The notes under the pieces are model-generated. The model searched no databases and was not told the origin of the DNA. It worked only from the letters and a program-made list of their open reading frames with translations. 64,000 bases of DNA. Source: Prorocentrum cordatum. Lineage: Eukaryota. Every line of letters starts with the position of its first letter. The stretch's first letter is position 1. This document shows positions 11,776 through 24,200 of this stretch, in pieces. The DNA lies in contig CAUYUJ010000149.1 in assembly GCA_963575745.1 (NCBI GenBank), positions 1 to 64,000 on the forward strand, read 5' to 3'. Both the position numbers and the translations under genes were made by a program.

Positions 11776-14320
11776 TCCTTATTCCTTATTAGAATATACT
11801 CCTACTCCCCCCTCAGGCCGGCCATTAGGGGCCGCATCCGGGGGGTCCCATCCTAACCTGTAAAAAACAATACAAAATCAACATTTTTCTTATTTTTTCC
11901 TCTCGACATGGACGTCCTGTCGTCCACGGCGATAATCCATTGCAAAAAAAACCACAAAGAGCACACGCGCGCGTTCATGTCAGAATCCTACCGAACACCG
12001 TGTGTTTGCAAGCATTTCAACATAAAAACATCAAAAACCCAATGCTTTTTCACAAAAATTGTACAAATTTCCCGCCCGGGCTCTCTTGCTGAAATCATAG
12101 GAAAACCATAGGAATCTTAAGAATTCTGTCAAATCCAGCGATTTCACGTCATCGCGCGGTGCACTCGCGATGCTCTGTCATGCACCCAGGCCGCGAATCC
12201 TGTGCAAAAAATACCACAAAGAGCACACTCGCGCGTTCATGTCAGAATCCTACCGAACACCGTGTGTTTGCAAGCATTTCAACATAAAAACATCAAAAAC
12301 CCAATGCTTTTTCACAAAAATGCTTTGGGGTGTCCTGTCAGACCGTCGGGCTTCCTCCGGCCACCTCTGGCTTCCTGCGGTGTACCGGGCCATTCTCGAC
12401 TCGTCTGGCAATGCGTGCGCGGCATTCAACACGCGCTCGCCAGTTCCCGTCGGCAACCGCCATCGCGGCCGCATCAGCTGTACCAAACCGGCTGGCCGGT
12501 GTGACTTCGGCCCCCAGTTGTGCCAGCTTTGCTTCTTATGTTGTGGGAGGGCGGGTGGGACTGGGCATGCCATGCTTGACTCGCTCGAGCTGGCTAGCTT
12601 GACTCCTACTCCTACTCCTACTCCTACTCCTACTCCTATCCTTATTCCTTATTAGAATATACTCCTACTCCCCCCTCAGGCCGGCAGATAGGGGCCGCAT
12701 CCGGGTGGTCCCATCCTAACCTGTAAAAAAACAATACAAAATCAACATTTTCTTATTTTTTCCTCTCGACATGGACGTCCTGTCGTCCACGGCGATAATC
12801 CATTGCAAAAAATACCACAAAGAGCACACGCGCGCGTTCATGTCAGAATCCTACCGAACACCGTGTGTTTGCAAGCATTTCAACATAAAAACATCAAAAA
12901 CCCAATGCTTTTTCACAAAAAATTGTACAAATTTCCCGCCCGGGCTCTCTTGCTGAAATCATAGGAAAACCGTAGGAATCTTAAGAATTCTGTCAAATCC
13001 AGCGATTTCACGTCATCGCGCGGTGCACTCGCGATGCTCTGTCATGCACCCAGGCCGCGAATCCTGTGCAAAAAAATACCACAAAGAGCACACTCGCGCG
13101 TTCATGTCAGAATCCTACCGAACACCGTGTGTTTGCAAGCATTTCAACATAAAAACATCAAAAACCCAATGCTTTTTCACAAAAATGCTTTGGGGTGTCC
13201 TGTCAGACCGTCGGGTTTCCTCCGGCCACCTCTGGCTTCCTGCGGTGTACCGGGCCATTCTCGACTCGTCTGGCAATGCGTGCGCGGCATTCAACACGCG
13301 CTCGCCAGTTCCCGTCGGCAACCGCCATCGCGGCCGCATCAGCTGTACCAAACCGGCTGGCCGGTGTGACTTCGGCCCCCAGTTGTGCCAGCTTTGCTTC
13401 TTATGTTGTGGGAGGGCGGGTGGGACTGGGCATGCCATGCTTGACTCGCTCGAGCTGGCTAGCTTGACTCCTACTCCTACTCCTACTCCTATCCTTATTC
13501 CTTATTAGAATATACTCCTACTCCCCCCTCAGGCCGGCCATTAGGGGCCGCATCCGGGTGGTCCCATCCTAACCTGTAAAAAACAATACAAAATCAACAT
13601 TTTTCTTATTTTTTCCTCTCGACATGGACGTCCTGTCGTCCACGGCGATAATCCATTGCAAAAAATACCACAAAGAGCACACGCGCGCGTTCATGTCAGA
13701 ATCCTACCGAACACCGTGTGTTTGCAAGCATTTCAACATAAAAACATCAAAAACCCAATGTTTTTTTTTCACAAAAATTGTACAAATTTCCCGCCCGGGC
13801 TCTCTTGCTGAAATCATAGGAAAACCATAGGAATCTTAAGAATTCTGTCAAATCCAGCGATTTCACGTCATCGCGCGGTGCACTCGCGATGCTCTGTCAT
13901 GCACCCAGGCCGCGAATCCTGTGCAAAAAATACACAAAGAGCACACTCGCGCGTTCATGTCAGAATCCTACCGAACACCGTGTGTTTGCAAGCATTTCAA
14001 CATAAAAACATCAAAAACCCAATGCTCTTTCACAAAAATGCTTTGGGGTGTCCTGTCAGACCGTCGGGCTTCCTCCGGCCACCTCTGGCTTCCTGCGGTG
14101 TACCGGGCCATTCTCGACTCGTCTGGCAATGCGTGCGCGGCATTCAACACGCGCTCGCCAGTTCCCGTCGGCAACCGCCATCGCGGCCGCATCAGCTGTA
14201 CCAAACCGGCTGGCCGGTGTGACTTCGGCCCCCAGTTGTGCCAGCTTTGCTTCTTATGTTGTGGGAGGGCGGGTGGGACTGGGCATGCCATGCTTGACTC
14301 GCTCGAGCTGGCTAGCTTGA
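11776..14320. repeat. Three near-identical tandem copies of an ~855-bp unit with an internal ~110-bp duplication
   Basis: TCCTTATTCCTTATTAGAATATACTCC at about 11777, 12639 and 13492. The ORF track repeats near-identical peptides three times; differences are mainly homopolymer and CCTACT length. Confidence 0.95.
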
Positions 14321-14639
14321 CCCCTCCCCCTACCCCCCCCCCCTGGACCTGGAGAGGGCGGGCCGAGCGTGGTCAGGGGGGTCTTTCTTGACTCCTGGAA
14401 GGGCCAAAAAACGACGACTCTCACGAGGATTCTGGCCCCGACGGGGGGAATCACTTTGGCCCCTCTGCTCTTCTTGAAAGCCAAAATCATTGATTTTACT
14501 ACGGTTTTGGCCTCATTTTGGCGCTCTGAGGGGGCCGCGCTCATCGTCCTTCATAGCAAAATCATTGTTTTTACGAAGGTTTTGGGCTCATTTTGTTCTT
14601 TTCAGGGGGCAGCTCGCACTGGCGCTTCCGAGGAGGTCG

Positions 14640-15545
14640 CAAGAGGCCCCAAGATGGCCCCAAGAGGCCCCCAGGAGGCGCCCAAAAGGCCTCCAAGAGG
14701 CCCCCCGGAGGCCCCCAAGAGGCCCCAAGAGGCCCCCAAGAGGCCCCCAAGAGGCCCCCAAGAGGCCCCCTGAGGCCCCAAGAGGCCCCCAAGCCCAAGA
14801 GGCCCCCTGAGGCCCCAAGAGGCCCCCAAGAGGCCCCCAAAAGGCCCCCAAGAGGCCCCCAAGAGGCCCCCAGAGGCTCCAAGAGGCCCCCAAGAGGCCC
14901 CACGAGCCCGAACGACTCACACCAGGGCGAGGGGCCCGAACGACTCACACCACGAAGAGCCCGAACGACTCACACCACAACTCCCGAACGACACACCAGG
15001 ACGAGGCGCCCGAACGACTCACACCACGAGGAGCCCGAACGACTCACACCACGACGCGGGCCTCGAACGACTCACACCACGAGGAGCCCGAACGAGTCAC
15101 ACCAGGAGGAGGGGCAGCGCTCATACAAGCCACCACGAGGAGCCCAAACGACTCACACCACGACGAGGGCCCCGAACGACTCACACCACGAGGAGCCCGA
15201 ACGAGTCACACCAGGAGGAGGGGCCCGAACGACTCACACCAGGACGAGGGGCCCGAACGACTCACACCACGAGGAGCCCGAACGACTCACACCAGGACGA
15301 AGGCCCGAACGACTCACACCACGAAGAGCCCGAACGAGTCACACCAGGAGGAGGGGCCCGAACGACTCACACCAGGACGAGGGGCCCGAACAACTCACAC
15401 CACGAGAAGCCCGAACGACTCACACCAGGACGAAGAGCCCGAACGACTCACACCACGAAGAGCCCGAACGACTCACACCAGGAAGAAGGGCCCGAACGAC
15501 TCAGACCAGGACGAGAAACCCCAAACGACTCAAACCACGAGGAGC
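14640..15545. repeat. Compound minisatellite: (GAGGCCCCCAA)n followed by (GCCCGAACGACTCACACCACGAGGA)n-like units
   Basis: Directly visible tandem units. Confidence 0.9.
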
Positions 15546-15739
15546 GCTTTCTCTCCCTCCTCCTTCGCCTCGTCCTTCTCCCGCTCCCCCCAAGGAGGAT
15601 GTACAAGGAGGCGGGAGGAAGGAGGAACAGGGGAGATATGCGGGGCCAAGCGGACACACGCCTGAAAAACACGACTGTCGGCATGCTTCGCGAGAGTTGC
15701 TGCTGTGAGATGGGCTGGCGGGGATGCGCGAAGCGTAAA

Positions 15740-16456
15740 GAATTATTAGTCTTATTATTAGTAGTAGTAGTATTATTATTAGTATTATTATTCGTCTGCT
15801 TCTTCTTATTCGTATTCTTAGTATTATTGGTAATATTAATGCCATGGTTATTATTATTACTATTATTATTGTTACTCGTCTTCTGCATAGTATGATTCGT
15901 CGTCTTTTTATTATTCTCATTATTCATAGTATTATGATTAGTATGATTCTTAGTATTCGTATCCTTATTATTATTGATAACAGTTTGCTTAATATTATTA
16001 TTCGTCTTATTATTCTTAATAGTCGTCTTCGTATTCTTAGTATTATTCTTATTCGTATTAGTATGGTTCTTATTATTATTCGTATTGTTCGTATTAGTAT
16101 TATTCTTAATATTATCATTAGTATTATTATACTTCGTATTAGTATTATAATTAGCATTGTTCGTCCTCTTCTTCTTATTATGCGTAGTATTAGTATGTTT
16201 CTGATTAGTGTGCTTCTTAGTCTGTTTATTATTCTGCTTATTTGTATTATTATTAATGTTAGTATTATGCTGCTTCTGATTATTCTTCGTATCATTCTTC
16301 TGCTTCGTCTGCATGTTCTTCTTATTATTAGTATTATTAGTATTAATATTATTCTTATTCGTCGTCTTACTATTATTCGTTGTCGTATTCGTCTTATCCT
16401 TCTTCTTCTTCTTCTTAATATTATTACTATTATTCCTGCTCCTCCTCCTCCTCCTC
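15740..16456. repeat. Degenerate (TAT/TAG/TCT)n trinucleotide tract ending in (CCT)n
   Basis: AT-rich triplet periodicity producing poly-I/N/L ORFs. Confidence 0.9.
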
Positions 16457-16457
16457 T

Positions 16458-18795
16458 TTATGCAGGGGGCTGGGCTAGATATATCGATGAAGACGACGGT
16501 GGTAGCCAGCACCACCCGATTGGCAGAGGACATCGCCACAGGCCTCAGGAAGAACGGGGTCCCCGCCACCGCGAAGGTAAGGTTCACGGACCTCGGGGTG
16601 GACTGCAACGCCGCTCGAGCTCGCAATAGGTTGCGAGGCGGGCAAAGGATGCAGAGCGGCGCCCGCAGAGCAGGGGCCATCATGCGTATGAGACGCCACG
16701 CCCGCCTCAAGAAGGTGACGCGCGGGCTCTAGGGTACTGGAGCCGAGGCGGAGGGCGCCTACGGTCACCAGGCGCACGGCCTCCCGCACTACGAGGTGCT
16801 CAGGCTGAGAAGGCAGGCAGCGAGGGCTGCTGCTGGAAAGGGTCCTGGGCGCTGCCTCACCACGACGCTGGCGATCGCCTGCGGTCGTGCCGGCCCAGCG
16901 AAGACGATCCAGGGGGAGCAGCTGGCGGCCTGGCTCGACCTCTGGGCTGGACACCCTGAGCTCCACCCGAGGATCGAGCGCTCATGGGCGAAGATTGCCC
17001 CACGCCTCCAGGCCGCGGGGGCTCAGCGTTGGCCGCTGGTGCGTGGCCCGCTATCGGCGACGGTGGCGACCCTCCACGATGCGGGGTGGAGGGCCCCACG
17101 CCCAGACCGATGGATCACCGACTCCGAGGCCGAGTGGCGCCTCCCACACTCGTCAAGCCCCGAGTTCTGCGACATGCTCGCCAGCCTCCCCGTGCTGCTG
17201 GACGAGTTCGAGGAGAGCATCGATCGCAGGCTGTGGGCGGGCGCATCCCGCCACCAGAGTGGCGACGACCTGGCCGCGTGGGGTGCCGACACGCTCCTCG
17301 TGCAGAGGGAGCAGCGGCGCTTCGAGGCCAATGGCGACGACGACCTCTGGGCGCTCAACCTTGCCGTCGTCACAGGCGCCCAGTGGACCAGAGACAGGCA
17401 GGAGGAGGCGGGCTACGAGCTCGAGTCCCTGCTGTGTGCGCGCGCTGCGGAAAAGAAAAAGAGAGCTTGTTTCACAGAATATGGTCTTGTGAGTGCAACG
17501 CAGGACATCCAGATTCTGATAAGTCCAGTCATCTGCTACCGAGTGCGGAGGCTGGGCACGAATCGTCTCCGTCTCTGTGGCTACGTGGCCTACCTAGTAA
17601 GGCTGAGACTACCCCCACCTTCGACCTCGACCTCCCTCCCCACCGTTTCGAATTCGGTAGTTTCTACCTGGCCCTGAGGGACCAAGACGGCTACCTCACC
17701 GTTTTTGGAGACGGGTCAGGGGGAAGGTTTTCCGATGACCCCCGCAGAAGACGAGTTGGCTCGGGGATCGTGGCCCTCGAGGCTCTCTCAGCAGGTGCCT
17801 GGCGCCCCGTGGCGGGTGTTGCGTGCGGGGTCGCGGGAGCCAAACAGACGGTTCCCCGAGCGGAGCTCACCGCCTTTGCTGAAGCCCTCGAGTGTTCCAG
17901 AGGTCCCCTGAGGTTTGTGTCCGATCAGAAGCCGATTGTGGATGGTTGGGCCAGAGGTCGGCATAAGTCGTGGTCGTTCAGGTTTGGGAATGCCGACCTC
18001 TGGGCCAGGATCGGCAAGGCTGCGCGCGAGCGTAACCCCGACCCCATCCTAGTCTGTTGGACCCCCTCCCACTTGGAGGCCCAGGACATCAGGTCCGAAA
18101 GGGAGTGGTTCTGGGCGGTAGGGAATGAGTGTGCTGACGAGCTGGCTGGCAGAGCGGCCGCTTCGTCGTGGTCCGATTTCGTCACGGCCTGTCCCGCCAC
18201 GGACCAGCGAGGCATTGAAGCTTTCCTGGTGAGGAGGCGGGCGCGGCGAGCGCTCGCGGATGTGATCCAGGCTGATCCGTGGACCGCGTCGCGCCCCTCG
18301 GCCCTCCGCCCTGCCCGCCCCCCCCAAGTTCGTGCTGGCGTTGAGAGCGTCCCAGCATGATTGGCGACGGGTCGGCTCCAAGTTTTACTGCAGGGCCTGT
18401 CAGGTTCTCTTGAACAGAGAGCGCGTCTTCTAGGCCGCCCATAGCTCTTGCACCCAGGCTGCCCCCAAGCATAGTATAGTCCCGTTGTTGGGGAGGCGTG
18501 TGATAGGGGGCCAGGAGTTGCATGATTCCCACTCCCTCCAGCATTGGGGGCTATATCATCTGACGTTTTGCTCCAAGTGCGGTCGTACAGCCACGACAGA
18601 CCCCAGGCATTTGGTTTCGTCGTGTGACCTCCCCACAGCCAAGGGAAGGCAGAATATGGCGAGAATTAAGAGGGGGGAGTACCCCCACCCCAGCGGGCCG
18701 CCAAAGTCGGTCCGAGCTGCTGCCATCGCCGATCTGCAGCAGTAAGCGAGTGGAGTCCCGACATTCGCCGTCGTTCACCCCAACGTTCCCAACGT
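16458..18795 (+). mobile_element. 5'-truncated, decayed non-LTR retrotransposon (LINE): RT C-terminus, Zn motif, RNase H, C-terminal Cys/His motif
   Basis: RT end KTTVVAS...FTDLGVD (16490-16605); CARCGKEKESLFHRIWSC near 17440; RNase H VFGDGSGG...QTVPRAEL...VSD...NADLW...WTPSH...GNECADELA (about 17700-18150); HDSH...FCSKCG...C at 18520-18630. Stop at about 16730 and frameshifts. 3' end runs into (CCT)n. Confidence 0.85.
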
Positions 18796-18857
18796 TCCTC
18801 CTCCTCCTCCTCCTCCTCCTCCTCCTCCTCCTCCTCCTCCTCCTCCTCCTCCTCCTC

Positions 18858-18890
<33 letters not shown>

Positions 18891-19486
18891 TCTGCTCCCC
18901 CTCCTCCTGCTCCCCTCTGCCTCCTTCTCCTCCTCTTGCTTCTCCTCCACGTCCTTCTCCCCCCTCCTCCTCCTCCTCTCTCATCCACCTCCTCCACCCT
19001 GCCCCCCCCCTCGTTGTCATCTTCGTCGCTCTCAGGGTCGGCGGCAACGGCCGTAAGGCCTTCGCAAGAAGCACCGGGATCGAACTCCGAGGTATCGCTC
19101 GGGGGCGTCTTCGAAGCAGTCTGAAGACTCTTGGAGTCTCGTGGGGCATCTTTCAGCCCGATGTTGGACCTCTTCGGGGCCTCTTGCGAGCTTCCTGGGG
19201 GCTCGCTGACTGTCTCGGGTGTCCTATATTGGGGCGGAGAGCTCTACATGTCACTTCGAGCTCCCCCTCTTGGGGCCATATCGGGCTCCTCCTGGGGCCC
19301 ACTTCGGCCGTCTTGGGCGCCTCGCCTCCTGGACAGTCTTGGGACTCTTTTTCGTTCACAAGAGGCTGGAAGCGGCTCCTGAGCGTTTGGTTGCGCTCCT
19401 CGGGCACTGGACGTGCTCCTAGGCTAGTGGCTGCTGCTCCTCAGCGGAAGCTGCGGGCCCCTTGTTGCCCCAGCACGAGTCCCCGC

Positions 19487-20082
19487 TCACAACGCCTCGC
19501 ACTCGCTTTCATCCTGGTCGACCCCTGCTGTCTGGAGTTCCGCTTCTGCTTGAGCCCTGTCCCTCGCGTCGATCTCCTTCATGATATCGGCTTTCAGATC
19601 CGCCAGCATCTGCTGCTGTTGAGCCCTTTCCCTCAAGCACGGGTACCTCTTAACGAGCTGCGTCGTGTACTTCACGAGCATTCCGGACGTAACAGCTGCG
19701 GTACCGCCTCCAGCGATAGCACCCGCGATGGGCGTGCCCAACACGGTGGCCGTGGCGCCGACGGTACCGACGGTGAGCGCGGCGCCGGTCTGGGCGAGGT
19801 ACAGCCTGAACTTCCTGGTCCTGCAGTTCTTGCAGTTTGTCTGGACCGTCGTGTTGGCGCCCTGGGCCGCGGCAGCCTCGTCCGCCTGCTCGGCCTCCAG
19901 CCGGTCCACCCGCTCTTGCAGCCGGCGGAGCTGGCCCTTGATCTCGGACAGCTCCTGTGGGCCCTGTGGGCCTTCACCACCCCGGGGTGCGCACCTGCGC
20001 CGAGCTCCAGGGCAAGGCTCCCGCGATCTGCGAGGGAGGTACGAGCAAGGAGCGCGAGCGCCGCGAAGACCACAAGCGTCAT
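19487..20082 (-). pseudogene. Intronless, frameshifted gene: signal peptide, coiled coil and Gly/Ala-rich hydrophobic hairpin; probable retrocopy
   Basis: MTLVVFAALALLARTSLA (ATG at 20082) shifts frame into ELSEIKGQLRRLQERVDRLEAEQ...GAALTVGTVGATATVLGTPIAGAIAGGGTAAVTSG...stop at 19487. SL-like motif about 100 nt upstream. Confidence 0.55.
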
Positions 20083-20178
20083 GGCACCGACCGCAACCAG
20101 GCGGCAAAGCGCGAACTCCTGTAGCGAACGCCGCAGATTTCCTGTGAGCGGCGAAGCTTGGGCCTTGGGCCGACGTGG

Positions 20179-20199
20179 CTCGAGCCGAAATGGCGGCGC
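20179..20199 (-). promoter_or_regulatory. Degenerate dinoflagellate spliced-leader (SL) copy
   Basis: Minus strand GCGCCGCCATTTCGGCTCGAG versus CCGTAGCCATTTTGGCTCAAG (16/21). Confidence 0.65.
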
Positions 20200-21269
20200 A
20201 GGAACAATCTTGGGACTCTTGGGCCGTCTTGGAGCCCACTCAGGGCCTCGTAGGCCGTCTTGGAGGCTGCTTAGAGCCCAGAAGCGGATATGCTAGAAGT
20301 GCGCGCCTTCCTCCGAGGATGACACGATGTTGACCCTCTTTGGGTCCTCTGGAGGGCCTTCCGAAGCGCTTCTGGGGCGGGTTGCAAAACTCCTGGGCCG
20401 CGTTGAAGCCATCTTGGGCCATCTTAGAGCGTTCGCGGGCCGTCTCGGGGGCCTCGTCGGCCCTCTTCGGTGCCTCTTGGGGTCCTACCCTTTTTGCTCG
20501 CCGCAGTTCAGCGAGGGCAACAGCTCGGAGGAAAAACTCATCCAATGGCGGCTGCCTGCATAAACAGGCCTCTGCTGAGAAAGACTCCGATGGCTCAGAC
20601 CACACGGGGGGGTAATGTGAAGACCCCCGATGGCTCAGACAACACGGGGGGCGGATGAGAAGAACACCGATGGCTCAGAGCACACGGGGAGCCAATACCA
20701 CAGCAGGAGCCCGAAAGGCTTCGAAGCGGTTGCCTGCATAAGCGGGCCTCTGCTATTTCTATGTATATATGCAATTACATATGTGCATGCAGATGCATAA
20801 ACATATACATAAACATATACATATATATATATAGGCCTAGACGTAAACATTTGCATATGTATATGCATATTCATATACATATGCATATACATACGCACAT
20901 ACACATACGCTTACATATACATATACATATGCAGATGCATATGCATATGCATGTCACCAGAACCCACGCCACTGGAACCCCCCCCCCCCTCCCAGGCAAA
21001 TCAGGCGTTCTGAGGCGGTTTCTAAGGTAATCCAATGGTTTTAGAAGCAAATCTACGCCACCACAACCCCCCCACCCTCCCACGCCACCAGAACCCACGC
21101 CACCGGACCCCTTCCCTCCCCCCCCGCCACCAGAACCCACGCAACCGGACCCCCCCCCATCGCCCCCATCCTCCCCCTCCCCGGCAAAGCAACCCTGGTC
21201 ACCCCCACCCCCTGAAACTCACACGCCCGATCGGCGGATTTACATATAAATATACATACACATACACGT

Positions 21270-24200
21270 ATAAATACCTATACGACCACCCTTCGGGTGA
21301 TGAGGAAATTGTGTGTGGGGGAGAGAGAGAGAGAGAGAGAGAGAGAAGGGAGAACCAACATCTGACTCAATCGATCTCACCATCGATCTCACTCAACGGA
21401 ACACCACGGGACACCACGGGACACCACGGGACACTTGTCGATCTCACTATCGATCTCACTATCGATCTCACTCAACGGGACACCACGGGACACCACGGGA
21501 CACCGCGGGACACCGCGGAACACCTCTCGATCTCACTATCGGTCTCACTATCGATCTCACTATCAATCTCACTCAACGGGACACCATAGGACACCACGGG
21601 ACACCACGGGACACCTCGGGACACCACATCGATCTCAGTATCGATCTCACTATCGATCTCACTTTTAGGGACACCAAGGGACACCACGGGACACCACGGA
21701 AAACCTGTCGATCTCAGTATCGATCTCACTATCGATCTCACTGTTTGGGACGCCACGGGCCACCACGGAACACCTCGGGCATCACATCGATCTCAGCATC
21801 GATCTCACTATCGATCTCACAATCGATCTCACTCACCAGAACACCACGGGACACCACGGGACACCACAGGACACTTGTCGATCTCACTAGCGATCTCACT
21901 ATCGATCTCACTCAACGGGACATCACGGGATACCACGGGCCACCACGGGTCACCACGGGACACCGTATCGATCTCACTATCGACCTCACTTTTTGGGACA
22001 TCACGGGACACCACGGGACACCTCGGGCACCACATCGATCTCACTATCGATCTCACTATCGATCTCACTCACCGGGACACCACGGGACACCACAGGACAC
22101 CACGTGACACCCGGGACGCCCGGGACACCCGGGACACCGCCCAGCCCAACTGGGACACCTCCCAGCCACCGGCGGACGGGAAACGGACTTTCGCTCGTAT
22201 ACTGACACCTGGGACACCCGGGACACCGCCCGGCCCAACTGGGACACCTCCCAGCCACCGGCGGACGGGCAACCGGACTTTCGCTCCTACTTCGGCCTAG
22301 CTACAGGAGGATCACGCGCAGCTTTGCCTCGCCCGCACGCACGACACGAACACGAAACCGAAACCGCTTTCCCGGTGGGGGGTCTCCGTTTTACTGAGAT
22401 CTCACCCCCCAACCTCCTCTCTCTCTCTATATATATATGTATATACACACGAATACATGTACATATACATACCTGAACAACCACCCTTCGGGTGATAAGG
22501 AGGTTGTGGGGGGGGAGAGGAGGGGGAACCAACATCTGACTCAATCGATCTCACTATCGATCTCACTCAACCGGGCACCACGGGACACCACGGGACACCT
22601 GTCGATCTCACTGTCGATCTCACTATCGGTCTCACTCAACGGGATACCACGGGACACCACGGGCCACCACGGGCCACCACGGGACACCGCGGGACACCGC
22701 GGGACACCTCTCGATATCACTATCGGTCTCACTATTGGTCTCACTATCGATCTCACTATCGATCTCACTCAATGGGACACCTTAGACCTTAGGACACCAC
22801 GGGGCACCGAGGAACACCTGTCGATAGAACCATCGATCTCACTATCGATCTCACTCAATGGGACACCACGGGACACCACGGGCCACGGCGGGACACCTGT
22901 CGATCTCACGATCGATCCCACTATCGATCTCACTTTTTGGGACACCACGGGACACCTCGGGGCACCACATCGATCTCACTATCGGTCTCACTATCGATCT
23001 CACTCAACGGGACACCATAGGACACCACGGGTCACCACGGGACACCTGTCGGGACACCTGTCGATCGCACTGTCGATCTCACTATCGGTCTCACTCAACG
23101 GGACACCACGGGACACCACTGACTACCCACCAGACCACCCCAACCAACCCGAAGAACCCAATTTGACCCGAATTTCGGGTTGGGGGGGGGTACGGGTTCC
23201 ATCTGTTTTTTCGCCGCTCCCAGACCCCCCCACACTGGAAATGGAAGGCAGATTGAGGTCTTCGGGTTGGGTTGGGGTGGTTTGGTGGGTGGTGAACCAC
23301 GGGCCACCACGGGCCACCACGGGACACCGCAGGACACCTCTCGATCTCACTATCGATCTCACTATCGATTTCACTCAATGGGATACCTTAGGACACCACG
23401 GGGCACCGAGGGAAACCTGTCGATCTAAACATCGATCTCACGATCGATCTCACGCAACGAGACAACAAGGGACACCACGGGACACGGCGGGACACCTCTC
23501 GATCTCACTATCGGTCTCACTATCGATCTCACTCACGGGGACACCACGGGACACCACGGGACACCTCGGGGCACCACATCGATCTCACTAGGTCTCACTA
23601 CACTATCGATCTCACTCCACGGGACACCATAGGACACCACGGGACACCACGGGACACCTGTCGATCTCATTCTCGATCTCACTATCGATCTCACTTTTTG
23701 GGACACCACGGGACACCACAGGACACCTCGGGGCACCACATCGATCTCAATATCGATACCGGGACGCCCGGGACACCGGGGACACCCCGGACACCGCCTG
23801 GCCCAACCGGCCACCGGCGGACGGGAAAACGCCCGGGACACCCGGAACACCCGGGACACCGCCCAGCCCAACCGGCCACCGGCGGACAGGCACCCGGACT
23901 TGCGCAGCATCGCCTCGCCCGCACGCACGACACGAACACGCAACCGAGACCGATATCTCCGTTTCACTGCGATCTCACCCCCCAACCTCCGATACATATA
24001 CATACCTATACGACCATCCTTCGGGTGATAAGGAGGTTGTGGGGGGGGAGAGGGGGGAAACAACATATGACTCGATCGATCTCACTATCGATCTCACTCA
24101 ACGGGACACCACGGGACACCACGGGACACCACGGGACACCACGGGACACTTGTCGATCTCACTATCGATCTCACTATCGATCTCACTCAACGGGACACCA

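Noticed and set aside
20575..20700. CCGATGGCTCAGA repeats at about 40-bp period resembling a mini-CRISPR
   Set aside because: Only three units and the whole unit is similar; an ordinary tandem repeat.
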